The notes: generated by a model from the letters alone, not told the origin. A stretch of 64,000 nucleotides of DNA from Candidatus Omnitrophota bacterium (GCA_029261055.1 JAJDCA010000037.1:82818-146817); one strand, 5' to 3'; numbered from the stretch's first letter, positions 48,770 through 57,987 are shown. Numbers and translations: made by a program.

Positions 48770-50668
48770 ATGAATATTAATGGAGGGTGGATAGTGACAA
48801 ATTCAATTAATTTTATTCCAGGTTCAGATGGTGAAAATATCGGTGATGGATCTGGCATATTTCAAGATGTAAACAATAATACTCTTCGTTTTAAGACAAT
48901 TGTTCCAGTAAGTGGGTTAGAGATAATAGACACTGGCACAGAGTTGGAATTTACAATACTATCTACTGTTGGGGAAGCTGGACCGTCTGGTGCTACAGGT
49001 CCACAAGGCCCAAGTGGCGTTGCGGGTCCAAGTGGAGCGACTGGTTTGACTGGTGCTACAGGTCCACAAGGCCCAAGTGGCGTTGCGGGTCCAAGTGGAG
49101 CGACTGGTCCTAGCGGCTCTCAAGGAGTCCAGGGAGAAATTGGTCCATCTGGTACAGCACATACTTTTTCAAACATTGGAGCTGGGGAAGGTGTATTTTC
49201 TAGCATTGTATCAGATGATGTTCAATTTAAAAGCATAGTTGGTAATTCGGGTATTGATGTATCTTCTGACAGTGATGAAATATTTATTGACTTTGACATA
49301 ACCGAAGTTACTGAGCTTGGGCCGACTGTATCTGGACTATACTACCGTAAAGACGAAGATGTTATTCCTGATATTGACGAGACATACACTATAGGTAATC
49401 AAACAACTAAATTCGTTACTGTTCATGCATCAACTGGCGTTTTCACTGGTGCCAATAATGAAGTTGGTAAAGTAGCAGTTGGTGATTTCGGCGGCGGACT
49501 AGAGTGTGCAATAATCGAAAGAGGTCTTCCTGGTGCATTTCCGGCTTTAGTTATGCGTGGTGGTAGAGCCGCTATTATGGAGACATCTAATCTGGGAACA
49601 ATGGTTTCTGGATTCTATATGGGTCCAACTCAAAATATAATTATGGGAGATATAGAGGATTATACATCCAAAACAGGTGGTCAATTATATAGTAGTGAGC
49701 TTAACCACTTTGACAAGAAAATAACCTCTGTCCTACATACTAAATTGGTTGACAGTTCTAGCAATAGAGTTGCTCATTATGTTTTTAATACAAATTCCGT
49801 TAATTCTAAAAATAGTAATCCTAGTATTGCTTTAGAGGCTGTGTCTCAAACAAATGTCACGAAGGCTGTTTCTAATTATATTACAGCAATAAAGGCTAGG
49901 GCCGTAGCACTAGATTCTAGTTCTTCAGTTGTTATACCAAACGGTCTTTACGCTGGTCTTGATTGTCAAGTTATTCATAGTGGTGTTGGGAGAGTAAGCA
50001 CAGCTAAAGCTGCTTATTTTGGATTAAGTGCATCATCTACCGGATCATTCGGTAACGCCTATGTTGTTCATATTGCAGCTCCATCTGGATCATTCTCTGG
50101 TGCCAACAAATCTCTGTGGTGTGAGGGCGAGGCATGTTTTACAAATAATGTAGAAATAGTTAATGACTTAAATATCGGCTCTGATATAATTGTTGTAGGA
50201 ACAGTAGAAGGCGATATTTTTCAAGTCAATGATTCCTTGACAGTAGAATCTATATCAACTTTTAATGATGATATTACCGCTACTGCTGATGCCTTTTTCG
50301 ACAATGATGCTAGTGTTAGCGGATGCTTAGAGACCAAAATAAGGCGCGATGCATCACGTAGGGAATCATTTGTTTTTGTCGACAATATTGCATTTGATCG
50401 CAATTTAATCTATGGAGATATGGCTGCTGCTGGCTCCATATTGACAGTGACAGATCCAGGTAAAAATGGACAAGAGACGAAAGTTGTATGGAAACAAAAT
50501 AACGCCGGAACAGGGTTCGTTACGTTTTCTTATTCTGGTGGTATTAAGTGGAGAGGTGGAGCAGCGCCAACGCTAACAGCGACATCTGGTGTCAGAGATA
50601 TATTTACATTTTTGTACGACTCGACTGATGATGTGCTCTATGGGCATGCTGATCAGGGCTATGCTTAA
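48770..50668 (+). CDS. Collagen-like fibre / virion appendage protein
   Basis: 21 G-X-Y triplets (7 are GPS) flanked by two NIG.G.G.F...FK.I repeats; C-terminal Q..AGT..W.GG.APTLT..RDIFTF fibre-type domain; start may be GTG 48794. Confidence 0.8.
   Translation: MNINGGWIVTNSINFIPGSDGENIGDGSGIFQDVNNNTLRFKTIVPVSGLEIIDTGTELEFTILSTVGEAGPSGATGPQGPSGVAGPSGATGLTGATGPQGPSGVAGPSGATGPSGSQGVQGEIGPSGTAHTFSNIGAGEGVFSSIVSDDVQFKSIVGNSGIDVSSDSDEIFIDFDITEVTELGPTVSGLYYRKDEDVIPDIDETYTIGNQTTKFVTVHASTGVFTGANNEVGKVAVGDFGGGLECAIIERGLPGAFPALVMRGGRAAIMETSNLGTMVSGFYMGPTQNIIMGDIEDYTSKTGGQLYSSELNHFDKKITSVLHTKLVDSSSNRVAHYVFNTNSVNSKNSNPSIALEAVSQTNVTKAVSNYITAIKARAVALDSSSSVVIPNGLYAGLDCQVIHSGVGRVSTAKAAYFGLSASSTGSFGNAYVVHIAAPSGSFSGANKSLWCEGEACFTNNVEIVNDLNIGSDIIVVGTVEGDIFQVNDSLTVESISTFNDDITATADAFFDNDASVSGCLETKIRRDASRRESFVFVDNIAFDRNLIYGDMAAAGSILTVTDPGKNGQETKVVWKQNNAGTGFVTFSYSGGIKWRGGAAPTLTATSGVRDIFTFLYDSTDDVLYGHADQGYA
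48987..49108 (+). repeat. 59-bp exact direct repeat (63-nt period) in the collagen region
   Basis: ctggtgctacaggtccacaaggcccaagtggcgttgcgggtccaagtggagcgactggt at 48987-49045 and 49050-49108. Confidence 0.9.
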
Positions 50669-50676
50669 TTCTCTAC

Positions 50677-50709
50677 GCTAGAGGGTGTCTAATTATAACA
50701 TCCTCTAGC
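50677..50709. terminator. Hairpin between convergent genes (probable terminator)
   Basis: GCTAGAGGGTGT-9nt-ACATCCTCTAGC. Confidence 0.6.
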
Positions 50710-50719
50710 ACCGAAAATC

Positions 50720-51052
50720 TTAACTCGCAAACGTCTCAAATTCTTTTGGACAGTGTATTTCTGTTAACATCGCCACAACTCTAGGGTTGTTTTCGATGCA
50801 TTTCTCTATTCTTTTTCTGCTCCATATCTGTGCATCACTTACCCAGCTAGTCGTTTCTTCAATCTTTATCTCGTTAAATATAATTTTATTTTTTCTCAGT
50901 ATACTGCACAGAAATCTCTTGATTTTATTGTCATCTTCTGTATCGCTAACTAAGAAGTCAAATCTTTTTAAGATAGGCAACTTCTTGTCTCTATTGTCTG
51001 TGTTTATTAGTATCACTACTTTTTTTGCTTGAACGTCTTGCTGTTTTTTCAT
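50720..51052 (-). CDS. Hypothetical protein
   Basis: 110 aa, GGGAGG RBS. Confidence 0.65.
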   Translation of the reverse strand: MKKQQDVQAKKVVILINTDNRDKKLPILKRFDFLVSDTEDDNKIKRFLCSILRKNKIIFNEIKIEETTSWVSDAQIWSRKRIEKCIENNPRVVAMLTEIHCPKEFETFAS

Positions 51053-51272
51053 GGATGCTAACTACCTCCCTAAGAGAGTTGATAGTTTCGTCATAGGACT
51101 TGTTTTGGAGAATCCAGGATTTTTCTGCTCTCTCATAAAGTGCTGTAAATGTATTGTATGTAAAATTCATGCGCTTTCTGTTTATCCAGTCTGCTAATAT
51201 GAACCCCAGTCCAACACCTACAATTAAACACATCAGGTATATTAGTATAGAGAACATAGTCTCGTTCACCAC
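50991..51272 (-). CDS. Small membrane protein
   Basis: N-terminal TM helix; AAGGAG RBS. Confidence 0.65.
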   Translation of the reverse strand: MVNETMFSILIYLMCLIVGVGLGFILADWINRKRMNFTYNTFTALYERAEKSWILQNKSYDETINSLREVVSIHEKTARRSSKKSSDTNKHRQ

Positions 51273-51295
51273 AACTCCTTATAGATTAATTACAC

Positions 51296-51308
51296 ATAAT
51301 ATAATACG
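51296..51308 (-). promoter_or_regulatory. Putative promoter motif CGTATTATATTAT
   Basis: Intergenic, upstream of 51272. Confidence 0.55.
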
Positions 51309-51322
51309 AATTTAGTGTTCTA

Positions 51323-51661
51323 TTAATAGTCATAGTTAATGTTGCTCATTTTTGAAATATCACTATTTAGCCATTTCCACTTAGTTACACGATTTTCACC
51401 TATAAACCACAATAGCTGCAATGGCCTACTATTGCCTTTTAAATATGATGGAAATGCTATTGTCACATTGCTATAATCAATTACTTCCGCTCCCAACTCA
51501 TGTATCTCCTCTAGATATTCAAGAAGAAGATTGATGCTTTTTTCATTCTCGTCTGTAACTGTTGGCCATACTCTTTCTATATCTTTTGCAATGCATGATA
51601 TTAGCGGTATCGTTTTATTGGCAGATTTTACTGTAAATATCTTTTTCAGTGGCTTAGACAT
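51323..51661 (-). CDS. DUF2203-like protein
   Basis: FTVKSANKTIPLI..ELGAEVID..IAFPS..LLWFIGE..W pattern. Confidence 0.65.
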   Translation of the reverse strand: MSKPLKKIFTVKSANKTIPLISCIAKDIERVWPTVTDENEKSINLLLEYLEEIHELGAEVIDYSNVTIAFPSYLKGNSRPLQLLWFIGENRVTKWKWLNSDISKMSNINYDY

Positions 51662-51670
51662 GTATTTACC

Positions 51671-51925
51671 TTATTCTTTACGATCTTTCTTTTTGGTTAT
51701 GTGATCGGATAATTTTCTGTCTATATATTGCATTCCACCTATAATGTAAGCTAGTGCCGCAAAACAAAATACAAGCAATTTATTAGTGAGAAATATAGAA
51801 ATAATACCGGATACTACTAACCACAACAACAACCACTGAATAAATACTTTTAATGTTTTTTTGCTATATAATGACTTAATAGCGTCTAAAATTTCTAACA
51901 GTGCATCATATAAACTTAGTTTCAT
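51671..51925 (-). CDS. Small two-TM membrane protein
   Basis: Two hydrophobic segments and a basic tail. Confidence 0.6.
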   Translation of the reverse strand: MKLSLYDALLEILDAIKSLYSKKTLKVFIQWLLLWLVVSGIISIFLTNKLLVFCFAALAYIIGGMQYIDRKLSDHITKKKDRKE

Positions 51926-52018
51926 TTACTTTTATTCTCCGGCATTGGTTTGGCATCATTGAATATTTATTTTACGATTTTAGACATGTTCAAATATTAT
52001 CTATATGATGTAATAAAG

Positions 52019-52354
52019 TTATTTTTTATCAATTCTAGAGCAATATACAAGGTCATGGCTTTTGTTCATGATATCAAATGCCATTTTTGATATTTTTCCT
52101 GCTAAATCGTCGCCATATCCCTTTTGTTTAATTATGTCTGCTCCAACATGCCCCTGAAGAATTGCAACTATAATTGGCTCAAGTGATTTTAGTTCATTTA
52201 TAACTTCTACAAGCTCTTTAGCTATTCCAAGATGTATTTCTGCTCCAATAGTGTTCTTTGTTTGATCATCCCAATCTTGTGCTGGAGTTTTTTGATTTAG
52301 TATCTCGCACACAGAGCTTGTCAGCACATCTACTAGTGTTTTCTCTTCGTCCAT
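52019..52354 (-). CDS. Hypothetical protein
   Basis: 111 aa ORF in the operon direction. Confidence 0.65.
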   Translation of the reverse strand: MDEEKTLVDVLTSSVCEILNQKTPAQDWDDQTKNTIGAEIHLGIAKELVEVINELKSLEPIIVAILQGHVGADIIKQKGYGDDLAGKISKMAFDIMNKSHDLVYCSRIDKK

Positions 52355-52583
52355 TTGTTACGCCTAACTTTAATCTGTTTTCATTATAATATTTTTTAAG
52401 ATAGTATGCGGATGTCAATACCCATACTGCAAATATTAATAAAATACCACTTATTGTATAGTTCCTAAATAAGCTAGTATTATCTACCACTGATCCGCCG
52501 ACTATTACATACACTGATCCAGCAATCAACATTAATGTAATCAAATAACTAATTATCAAGGTTTTTTTATGAGACAATCGCAA
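52266..52583 (-). CDS. Two-TM membrane protein
   Basis: TTG start after AGGAGG; two hydrophobic helices. Confidence 0.6.
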   Translation of the reverse strand: MRLSHKKTLIISYLITLMLIAGSVYVIVGGSVVDNTSLFRNYTISGILLIFAVWVLTSAYYLKKYYNENRLKLGVTNGRRENTSRCADKLCVRDTKSKNSSTRLG

Positions 52584-52591
52584 CCTCCTAT

Positions 52592-52903
52592 CTATTCTTC
52601 CATATGTTTTAACGTCTCAAAAATATCATCTAGTCGTTTTGCTAGACCTATTTGTAATACTGAATTGTGAAGAGCCGCTATATGTATAGAAGCAGCAATA
52701 TGATTTAAAACAGCCAATTCGCTCTTACCAGCACCATCTGCCGCCTCAGATCGATTACTAAAATGATTGCCCAGTTGTGTATGTTGATCAATAATACTCG
52801 ATAAAGTACCTGTATCAAGAAGACCTTCCATTATGCTCAACCATTCATTTTTTGGATTATCGTCTGGATGACCCTCTCTATGGTAATTTTGACCTGATTC
52901 CAC
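52592..52903 (-). CDS. Hypothetical protein
   Basis: 103 aa, GTG start after GAGG. Confidence 0.65.
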   Translation of the reverse strand: MESGQNYHREGHPDDNPKNEWLSIMEGLLDTGTLSSIIDQHTQLGNHFSNRSEAADGAGKSELAVLNHIAASIHIAALHNSVLQIGLAKRLDDIFETLKHMEE

Positions 52904-53042
52904 TTCTTTCCTCTCGGCGTATTTCTTTTATTAATTTCGACATGTCAGACACAACTAACTCAAAAGAGTAGCACCCTCTGCAATAGTTGCTATTTTCAAT
53001 GTGTACACTGTTACAATTGCTACATCTTTTTAATACTATCAA
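52878..53042 (-). CDS. Small zinc-ribbon protein (54 aa)
   Basis: Missing from the ORF track; TTG start after AGGA; ..KRCSNC..NYCRGCYS.. Confidence 0.6.
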   Translation of the reverse strand: MIVLKRCSNCNSVHIENSNYCRGCYSFELVVSDMSKLIKEIRREERSGIRSKLP

Positions 53043-53137
53043 AATGCTGTCCTGTCTGGTAACTAAATATCTTTGTCGCTAGTCTATTGTATCACAAAAA
53101 CACCTGAAACACCATATATTTTAATCCTTTGACACAG

Positions 53138-53328
53138 AAAAGAATAAGGGGGTCTAGTCGCCTTATGTGTTCGAATAACGATAACCTTAGCCCTCACTTA
53201 CCTTTATCCTGTCTGAGTTTGGGTAATTCATTACACGCCGAAGCGCCAACATTACACCCGCGATTGATAGGTTTGAGTTACTTTTTGTATGTATTTGCAT
53301 TGGATTATCGTTACTGCTTCGCAGGGTT
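53138..53328 (-). ncRNA. Candidate structured ncRNA (rod with large bubble, possibly 6S-like) plus terminator
   Basis: 12-bp closing stem (53303-53314 with 53175-53186), apical C(UUCG)G loop at 53235-53246, terminator hairpin 53144-53166 with a U-tract; no minus-strand ORF in the track. Confidence 0.55.
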
Positions 53329-53706
53329 CTATTCCCATTCATAGCCTACAACAATTATTTTGCTTATGTCACCATTTACTCTTTTTGCAAAATCTGGTGC
53401 TTCACTATCTGATTCGTCTCCTGATTGTAGCCTCTCTGACCAGTCATTCCATTCTTTTCTGTGTTCCTCTTCTACAATGTACCAATGCCCTGAATCATCG
53501 ACATCGAAAAAGAAGCGACCCCCAGTATAGTTTCTCATTTCTTTATCACTCATAAAATCACCTCTTTCTAATTCTAATGGTTTGTATTCTACTAGTTCGT
53601 TTTTTATTTTTTTTATTTCTTTTTTATCTACTTTGTGCCCTACTAAAGATACTACTATTATCCAAAACATTACTAAAAATAGTACTGCTCCGCTCCAGTC
53701 GTTCAT
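53329..53706 (-). CDS. Hypothetical protein with N-terminal TM segment
   Basis: 125 aa; an internal GAGGTGA RBS before MSDKE suggests a second in-frame start. Confidence 0.6.
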   Translation of the reverse strand: MNDWSGAVLFLVMFWIIVVSLVGHKVDKKEIKKIKNELVEYKPLELERGDFMSDKEMRNYTGGRFFFDVDDSGHWYIVEEEHRKEWNDWSERLQSGDESDSEAPDFAKRVNGDISKIIVVGYEWE

Positions 53707-53736
53707 TGGTCTCCTTACTGTAGGTTTTTATTTTTT

Positions 53737-54009
53737 TTATTCGTCTGTATTGTATACCGATTCTGCGCACATACTGAGAATTCTTTTTACGTAAGGCCAG
53801 CAGAAGAATCGTTCAATAAGCCCAACTCTTCTACCATAGTGCTCATAGTCATAACTTTTATGGCCACTAAACCCAAGCGGTCCATTGGCAATCCAGTACT
53901 TTTCACCACTTGGTATATGTTTCATTATGCAATCACTGTCACGTCTCCAGTCTTGAGGTTTGTTTTTTAGTGATGCATATACTGGTGAGAAAAATCGCTC
54001 GAAATTCAT
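53737..54009 (-). CDS. Hypothetical protein
   Basis: 90 aa in the operon direction. Confidence 0.6.
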   Translation of the reverse strand: MNFERFFSPVYASLKNKPQDWRRDSDCIMKHIPSGEKYWIANGPLGFSGHKSYDYEHYGRRVGLIERFFCWPYVKRILSMCAESVYNTDE

Positions 54010-54013
54010 ATTG

Positions 54014-54247
54014 TTATCCCTGACAATCTATTACGTGTTCTTCTACTACATATCTTTTGCCATTTACTGTTTTTGTCGATTCTGCAATTACGTCCCGCCA
54101 GCCTCCGCAATAAAATCCACTGCTGGAAAATTCAGATTCAATCTGTTTTTTAGCAAGATTCAGGCTAGAGTAAACCCCATCATTGTTTATTATTCCACTA
54201 TAGCTACATATAGAGATAAGAATAAATACCCTTGATTCGTTGCTCAC
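54014..54247 (-). CDS. Hypothetical protein
   Basis: 77 aa in the operon direction. Confidence 0.55.
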   Translation of the reverse strand: MSNESRVFILISICSYSGIINNDGVYSSLNLAKKQIESEFSSSGFYCGGWRDVIAESTKTVNGKRYVVEEHVIDCQG

Positions 54248-54259
54248 TTCGTCTCTTTT

Positions 54260-54742
54260 CTATAAAAATGTATAGTTTCTGTGAAATTCATTGTCTCTTA
54301 GCACGAGCAGACTGCCATCTTCTTTTGCCACTACCCAGTCTCCAGGATCTAGATTTTTTCCAGTGTCTCCAGTCCTTATAACTATATTGTCTTCCTTAAA
54401 TTTTTGCAATACATCGCTCCACTCGCTATTTAGTATTTTGTTTAACACTGTATAATTTTCATAGTATATTACATGTAGCGTCTCAAAAACATTGTGGCCA
54501 GAGTATTTGACAGCCTCTACAGTCGTCTTGTCTCTGTTGTTTTTATACATCCCTCTTGTTCCACTGACTGTTTTTCCAGATATGCTGCATGACTCTTCGT
54601 ATGTATAGCGATTTATATAATGTTTTAATTCACTACTATCTAAGTCATTGTATTCATTTATAATTCTTGTGCAGATCGATAAGATGTGGCGCAATGGCGC
54701 ACTGTTTATTTTATTATAATCCACCTGATCATATCTATTCAT
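54260..54742 (-). CDS. Phage protein with EAV(K/Q)..G.N / GDW domain
   Basis: Start moved to MNRYDQ; C-terminal domain paralogous to the next upstream gene. Confidence 0.6.
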   Translation of the reverse strand: MNRYDQVDYNKINSAPLRHILSICTRIINEYNDLDSSELKHYINRYTYEESCSISGKTVSGTRGMYKNNRDKTTVEAVKYSGHNVFETLHVIYYENYTVLNKILNSEWSDVLQKFKEDNIVIRTGDTGKNLDPGDWVVAKEDGSLLVLRDNEFHRNYTFL

Positions 54743-55271
54743 CTTGTTTCTTTCTAGTCGTTTTTTGCACCGCTTCGATTGTTTTATATGTGGCCTCAAA
54801 AATATCATGTCTGACAGAATGCAGTAGGTTATCTTTTCTAACAATCCAATCACTCTTTTTAGCTATCTTTTCATCTTCCGATGTGTGTATTATTAAATCA
54901 GAACTACCAAAAATATGTGATATTTCTTTATGACCTATGTTTAATTTTTTACAAATCTCTTCAATATTATCTCCAGCCCACTGTACTGCTTTAATGTCCA
55001 TATTGTTATGATTTTTATCCTTATACTTCCGCATTTTAAAACAATTTTCACATAATGGTTCGAAAATGGGAGAAAATAAAAACTCTGATTCATGTATGTC
55101 ATAAACATCGTGAGGCTCGCCATCACAGTCTAAGCAGGTTGCGTCAATGGGTAGGCAGCATCCGTCTATTGGGTCATACCAGAATTTTCCATCGGCACTA
55201 AGTTTCCAATTTTCCTTCACTGTATCAACCTCCAGACTCACTGCAATCTTTATTATTGGCCTTTTATCCAA
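54735..55271 (-). CDS. Phage protein: Zn-binding N-terminus plus KAVQW.GDN..DW..DIFEATY domain
   Basis: CLDC..CENC; common phage domain pattern. Confidence 0.65.
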   Translation of the reverse strand: MDKRPIIKIAVSLEVDTVKENWKLSADGKFWYDPIDGCCLPIDATCLDCDGEPHDVYDIHESEFLFSPIFEPLCENCFKMRKYKDKNHNNMDIKAVQWAGDNIEEICKKLNIGHKEISHIFGSSDLIIHTSEDEKIAKKSDWIVRKDNLLHSVRHDIFEATYKTIEAVQKTTRKKQDE

Positions 55272-55519
55272 GTAACACTATGAAACTTGTTTATTCTTGA
55301 AATAAAAATATTGCCATCATGACTATCCACACTGAATTCTTTACCCAGCAATCTATCGTTCCAATGCCAACAGTTACTATTGTAATAATATGTTGGGTGT
55401 TTTCTGTCTTCTGACCCTATACGACTTAGCGCTTTGTCTGCAAGATATTCTCCATAGCTCTTTGGATTTTGCTCGTATAATATTTGCTCTTGTATTTTTA
55501 ATCTTTCTTTATTTATCAT
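55253..55519 (-). CDS. Hypothetical protein
   Basis: 88 aa, overlaps both neighbours. Confidence 0.55.
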   Translation of the reverse strand: MINKERLKIQEQILYEQNPKSYGEYLADKALSRIGSEDRKHPTYYYNSNCWHWNDRLLGKEFSVDSHDGNIFISRINKFHSVTWIKGQ

Positions 55520-55757
55520 TGTCGGCCTTATGTTCTGCTTGTCTTTTTAAGTCTAGCTCAAGATACAATCTTTTCCATTCTTCTGCTTGCTCTTTATAGA
55601 ATTCTAAGTCAACTCTGTGGTGTTCACAAATGTATTCCATTCTACGAGAATGTGAAATTATTTCAGCGATTTTTCTAGCCGCCAATATTGAACCTAACCA
55701 TTCGCAGAATCTTATCGGAGCTTCGCTAATGGCAAAAAATAGTTGTACCAATGTCAT
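55509..55757 (-). CDS. Hypothetical protein
   Basis: 82 aa, ATGA overlap with the upstream gene. Confidence 0.55.
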   Translation of the reverse strand: MTLVQLFFAISEAPIRFCEWLGSILAARKIAEIISHSRRMEYICEHHRVDLEFYKEQAEEWKRLYLELDLKRQAEHKADNDK

Positions 55758-55990
55758 TTTGCCTCTTTTCCGTTTAAAAAGATCACAAAAGCTATTGCCA
55801 TCATTATTGGTCCAATGAGTATGGAAATTGCGTACGCCAATATAGTAATTTTTATTTCGTCAAGATGTTCGACTTCATACTTTTTGGTATTTTTTAGTAA
55901 TTCATTCGTGGTAGTGTAGGCAACAGAGATTCCCACAAATAGCCACAATATTCCAATTATACATATAATCATTTCTTTTTCACTAAACAT
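55754..55990 (-). CDS. Small two-TM membrane protein
   Basis: Two hydrophobic helices. Confidence 0.6.
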   Translation of the reverse strand: MFSEKEMIICIIGILWLFVGISVAYTTTNELLKNTKKYEVEHLDEIKITILAYAISILIGPIMMAIAFVIFLNGKEAK

Positions 55991-56513
55991 CTATTATCCT
56001 CTCATCTGTACGATGCCAACCATTTACTCTTAGCTGCTCTAAAAACATTTCTACTTGTGATGGTAGCTTCATATTTTTCAAAGTAGTCTGAGCATCTTCT
56101 ATACATCGAAGCATATGCTTGTTTCCTGCGTTTAGTTCATCTAGTGCCCATAAGTAAAATTCAACCATATCTAACGAGCGCAACCAAAGTTCTTCATCTT
56201 CGGTTATGTCATACTTAATACCCAGTACATCTTCTACTTGTTTTGTAGATTCTGTCATAGCTGATTTTAATTCAGGAAACATTCTTTTAGCAGGAAATGG
56301 AGTGTCACCATTCCATCTTTCGTGAAGGTCATGTCGAATAATCGCTTGATAAAGTTTTAACGATGGGTTAGGATGAAGTACCTCAAGTAGAAGCAGCATA
56401 TCGAATGAGTGCTTACCAACTGAATAGTCTGTAGAATGACGAACCGTGTGTGCTCTTTCTACGCAACTTGCCTCTCTAAGTTGTAGCACTTTGTTTAATA
56501 TTTTTTTACCCAT
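55983..56513 (-). CDS. HD-domain nucleotide phosphohydrolase (YfbR/DatZ-like)
   Basis: VERAHT..YSVGKHS..RHDLHE..GDTPFPAK..LDMVE. Confidence 0.8.
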   Translation of the reverse strand: MGKKILNKVLQLREASCVERAHTVRHSTDYSVGKHSFDMLLLLEVLHPNPSLKLYQAIIRHDLHERWNGDTPFPAKRMFPELKSAMTESTKQVEDVLGIKYDITEDEELWLRSLDMVEFYLWALDELNAGNKHMLRCIEDAQTTLKNMKLPSQVEMFLEQLRVNGWHRTDERIIDV

Positions 56514-56530
56514 CTAATTTTTCCTTTTTT

Positions 56531-56845
56531 TTAATCCCTACTAGCTTGGTTTCTAATATTTACAATTTTTTTTGCTTGCTCAATATCATCACGACATAAT
56601 GCACCCCAAAAATAAAACTCATCACGTAAAATTTTGTGTGTTTCGCGTAGTTCAAACAGACCCACACCCCTTTCTTTCTCTGACTTTTTATTCATTATTA
56701 ATAATATTTCTACTATTTTGTCAAAACTACAGTCATCTACAATAATGCTAGAAATATAACCACACAAATCACCAATTTTTTTATGGTTTATATTTACATG
56801 ATCACTATGTGTTTCAAACTTTTTACGCTTCATGATCTTTACCAA
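56531..56845 (-). CDS. Hypothetical protein
   Basis: 104 aa in the operon direction. Confidence 0.55.
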   Translation of the reverse strand: MVKIMKRKKFETHSDHVNINHKKIGDLCGYISSIIVDDCSFDKIVEILLIMNKKSEKERGVGLFELRETHKILRDEFYFWGALCRDDIEQAKKIVNIRNQASRD

Positions 56846-56852
56846 TCTTTAA

Positions 56853-57230
56853 TTAACAAAGTAGTTCAGACAACTCTTCCATTGTCATGTATATATCATG
56901 AACCCTACAATTTCTATTGCTGGATTTCATAACTACTCTAGTTATGTCTTCCCTATCTAGTGGTGCGCCGAATGAAGAGATGTCGTTTTTAGACACAAAT
57001 ATTTCTTGTATTTTTCCACCCTCTAAAATTTTTGGAAGTTTTACATACTCTGAATCATGACCTAGCACTTTTGTCATTTTTCTAACAGCATTACATAGCT
57101 CTACACTTTGATGCTTGGGAATTTTTGCTAAACTTCTACCATATAAACCATCGTATTCGCAAATATCTAGCGACATATCACTGTTGATTGTGATTTTATA
57201 ATCTGCTCCGTCAATTTCTACCTTACTCAC
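56853..57230 (-). CDS. Hypothetical protein with FlbD-like C-terminal domain
   Basis: YVKLP..IFVSKNDI..TRVVM..IYMTMEELSELL. Confidence 0.55.
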   Translation of the reverse strand: MSKVEIDGADYKITINSDMSLDICEYDGLYGRSLAKIPKHQSVELCNAVRKMTKVLGHDSEYVKLPKILEGGKIQEIFVSKNDISSFGAPLDREDITRVVMKSSNRNCRVHDIYMTMEELSELLC

Positions 57231-57322
57231 CAGAATATTCTCTTTTCATAAAAATTTACTATAGTTGAAAATAGATTAGTATAATTATTGTTATTATTTC
57301 GAATATTATGAATAATGTCTTC

Positions 57323-57787
57323 TTAAGAAAACTTTTCATCTATTTCTTCTTCTGTTAAACTAGTGCAATAAGAACACGGCGGATTAATATGACAAGAGCA
57401 ACAAGTTTGTGTATCATCGATCCATCCACCTATAGGATCTATAAGATTTGGTAGATCATATCTTCCTGAACCAGGCACAAATCCGACATTGCTCATTACT
57501 CCACTCATTGATCCTGGCCTATCCATATATGGGTCAGTAACAGCAACGCATGGATTGTCTGATACTGTCAAGTCGTTGGTGAATGCGCCTATATAGTCCG
57601 TTCCTTCGACAAAGTTTTCCGGTAAAATAAAATTCTTGGCAGGTTGTATTGGACTATTCTCTATCCAGAACCTTTCATTAAAATTTTTACAGTTTTTAGT
57701 GCCACATTCTATTTTTACAAATAATATTAATGCTGGCTTATTGCACAATGGACAAGTTGTATTTGCTGTCATATTAATCCTTAGCAA
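57323..57787 (-). CDS. Cys-rich hypothetical protein
   Basis: CPLC..C...NC at the N-terminus; CCSCHINPPCSYC at the C-terminus. Confidence 0.65.
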   Translation of the reverse strand: MLRINMTANTTCPLCNKPALILFVKIECGTKNCKNFNERFWIENSPIQPAKNFILPENFVEGTDYIGAFTNDLTVSDNPCVAVTDPYMDRPGSMSGVMSNVGFVPGSGRYDLPNLIDPIGGWIDDTQTCCSCHINPPCSYCTSLTEEEIDEKFS

Positions 57788-57987
57788 TGTTTGTGTGTAG
57801 TATACCTTTGAACATCAACCTCCACATACCCTGCTATCCATGCATCTGCTCTTGTACCTGGGCCATATCCGTTAACAAGAAGGTAAATAGGTATACTGGG
57901 ATTTTTAAAAGCTTCTTGTTTGCCCTGCCATCTTACTAGCTTTATAGAAAGATCTTCTTTTGATCCTTTTTCCTCTTTATTGTTCAT
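57781..57987 (-). CDS. Hypothetical protein
   Basis: 68 aa in the operon direction. Confidence 0.5.
   Translation of the reverse strand: MNNKEEKGSKEDLSIKLVRWQGKQEAFKNPSIPIYLLVNGYGPGTRADAWIAGYVEVDVQRYTTHKHC

Noticed and set aside
51965-51976. CGTAAAATAAAT as an eighth promoter-motif copy upstream of 51925
   Set aside because: Poorer match in very AT-rich DNA; could be chance.
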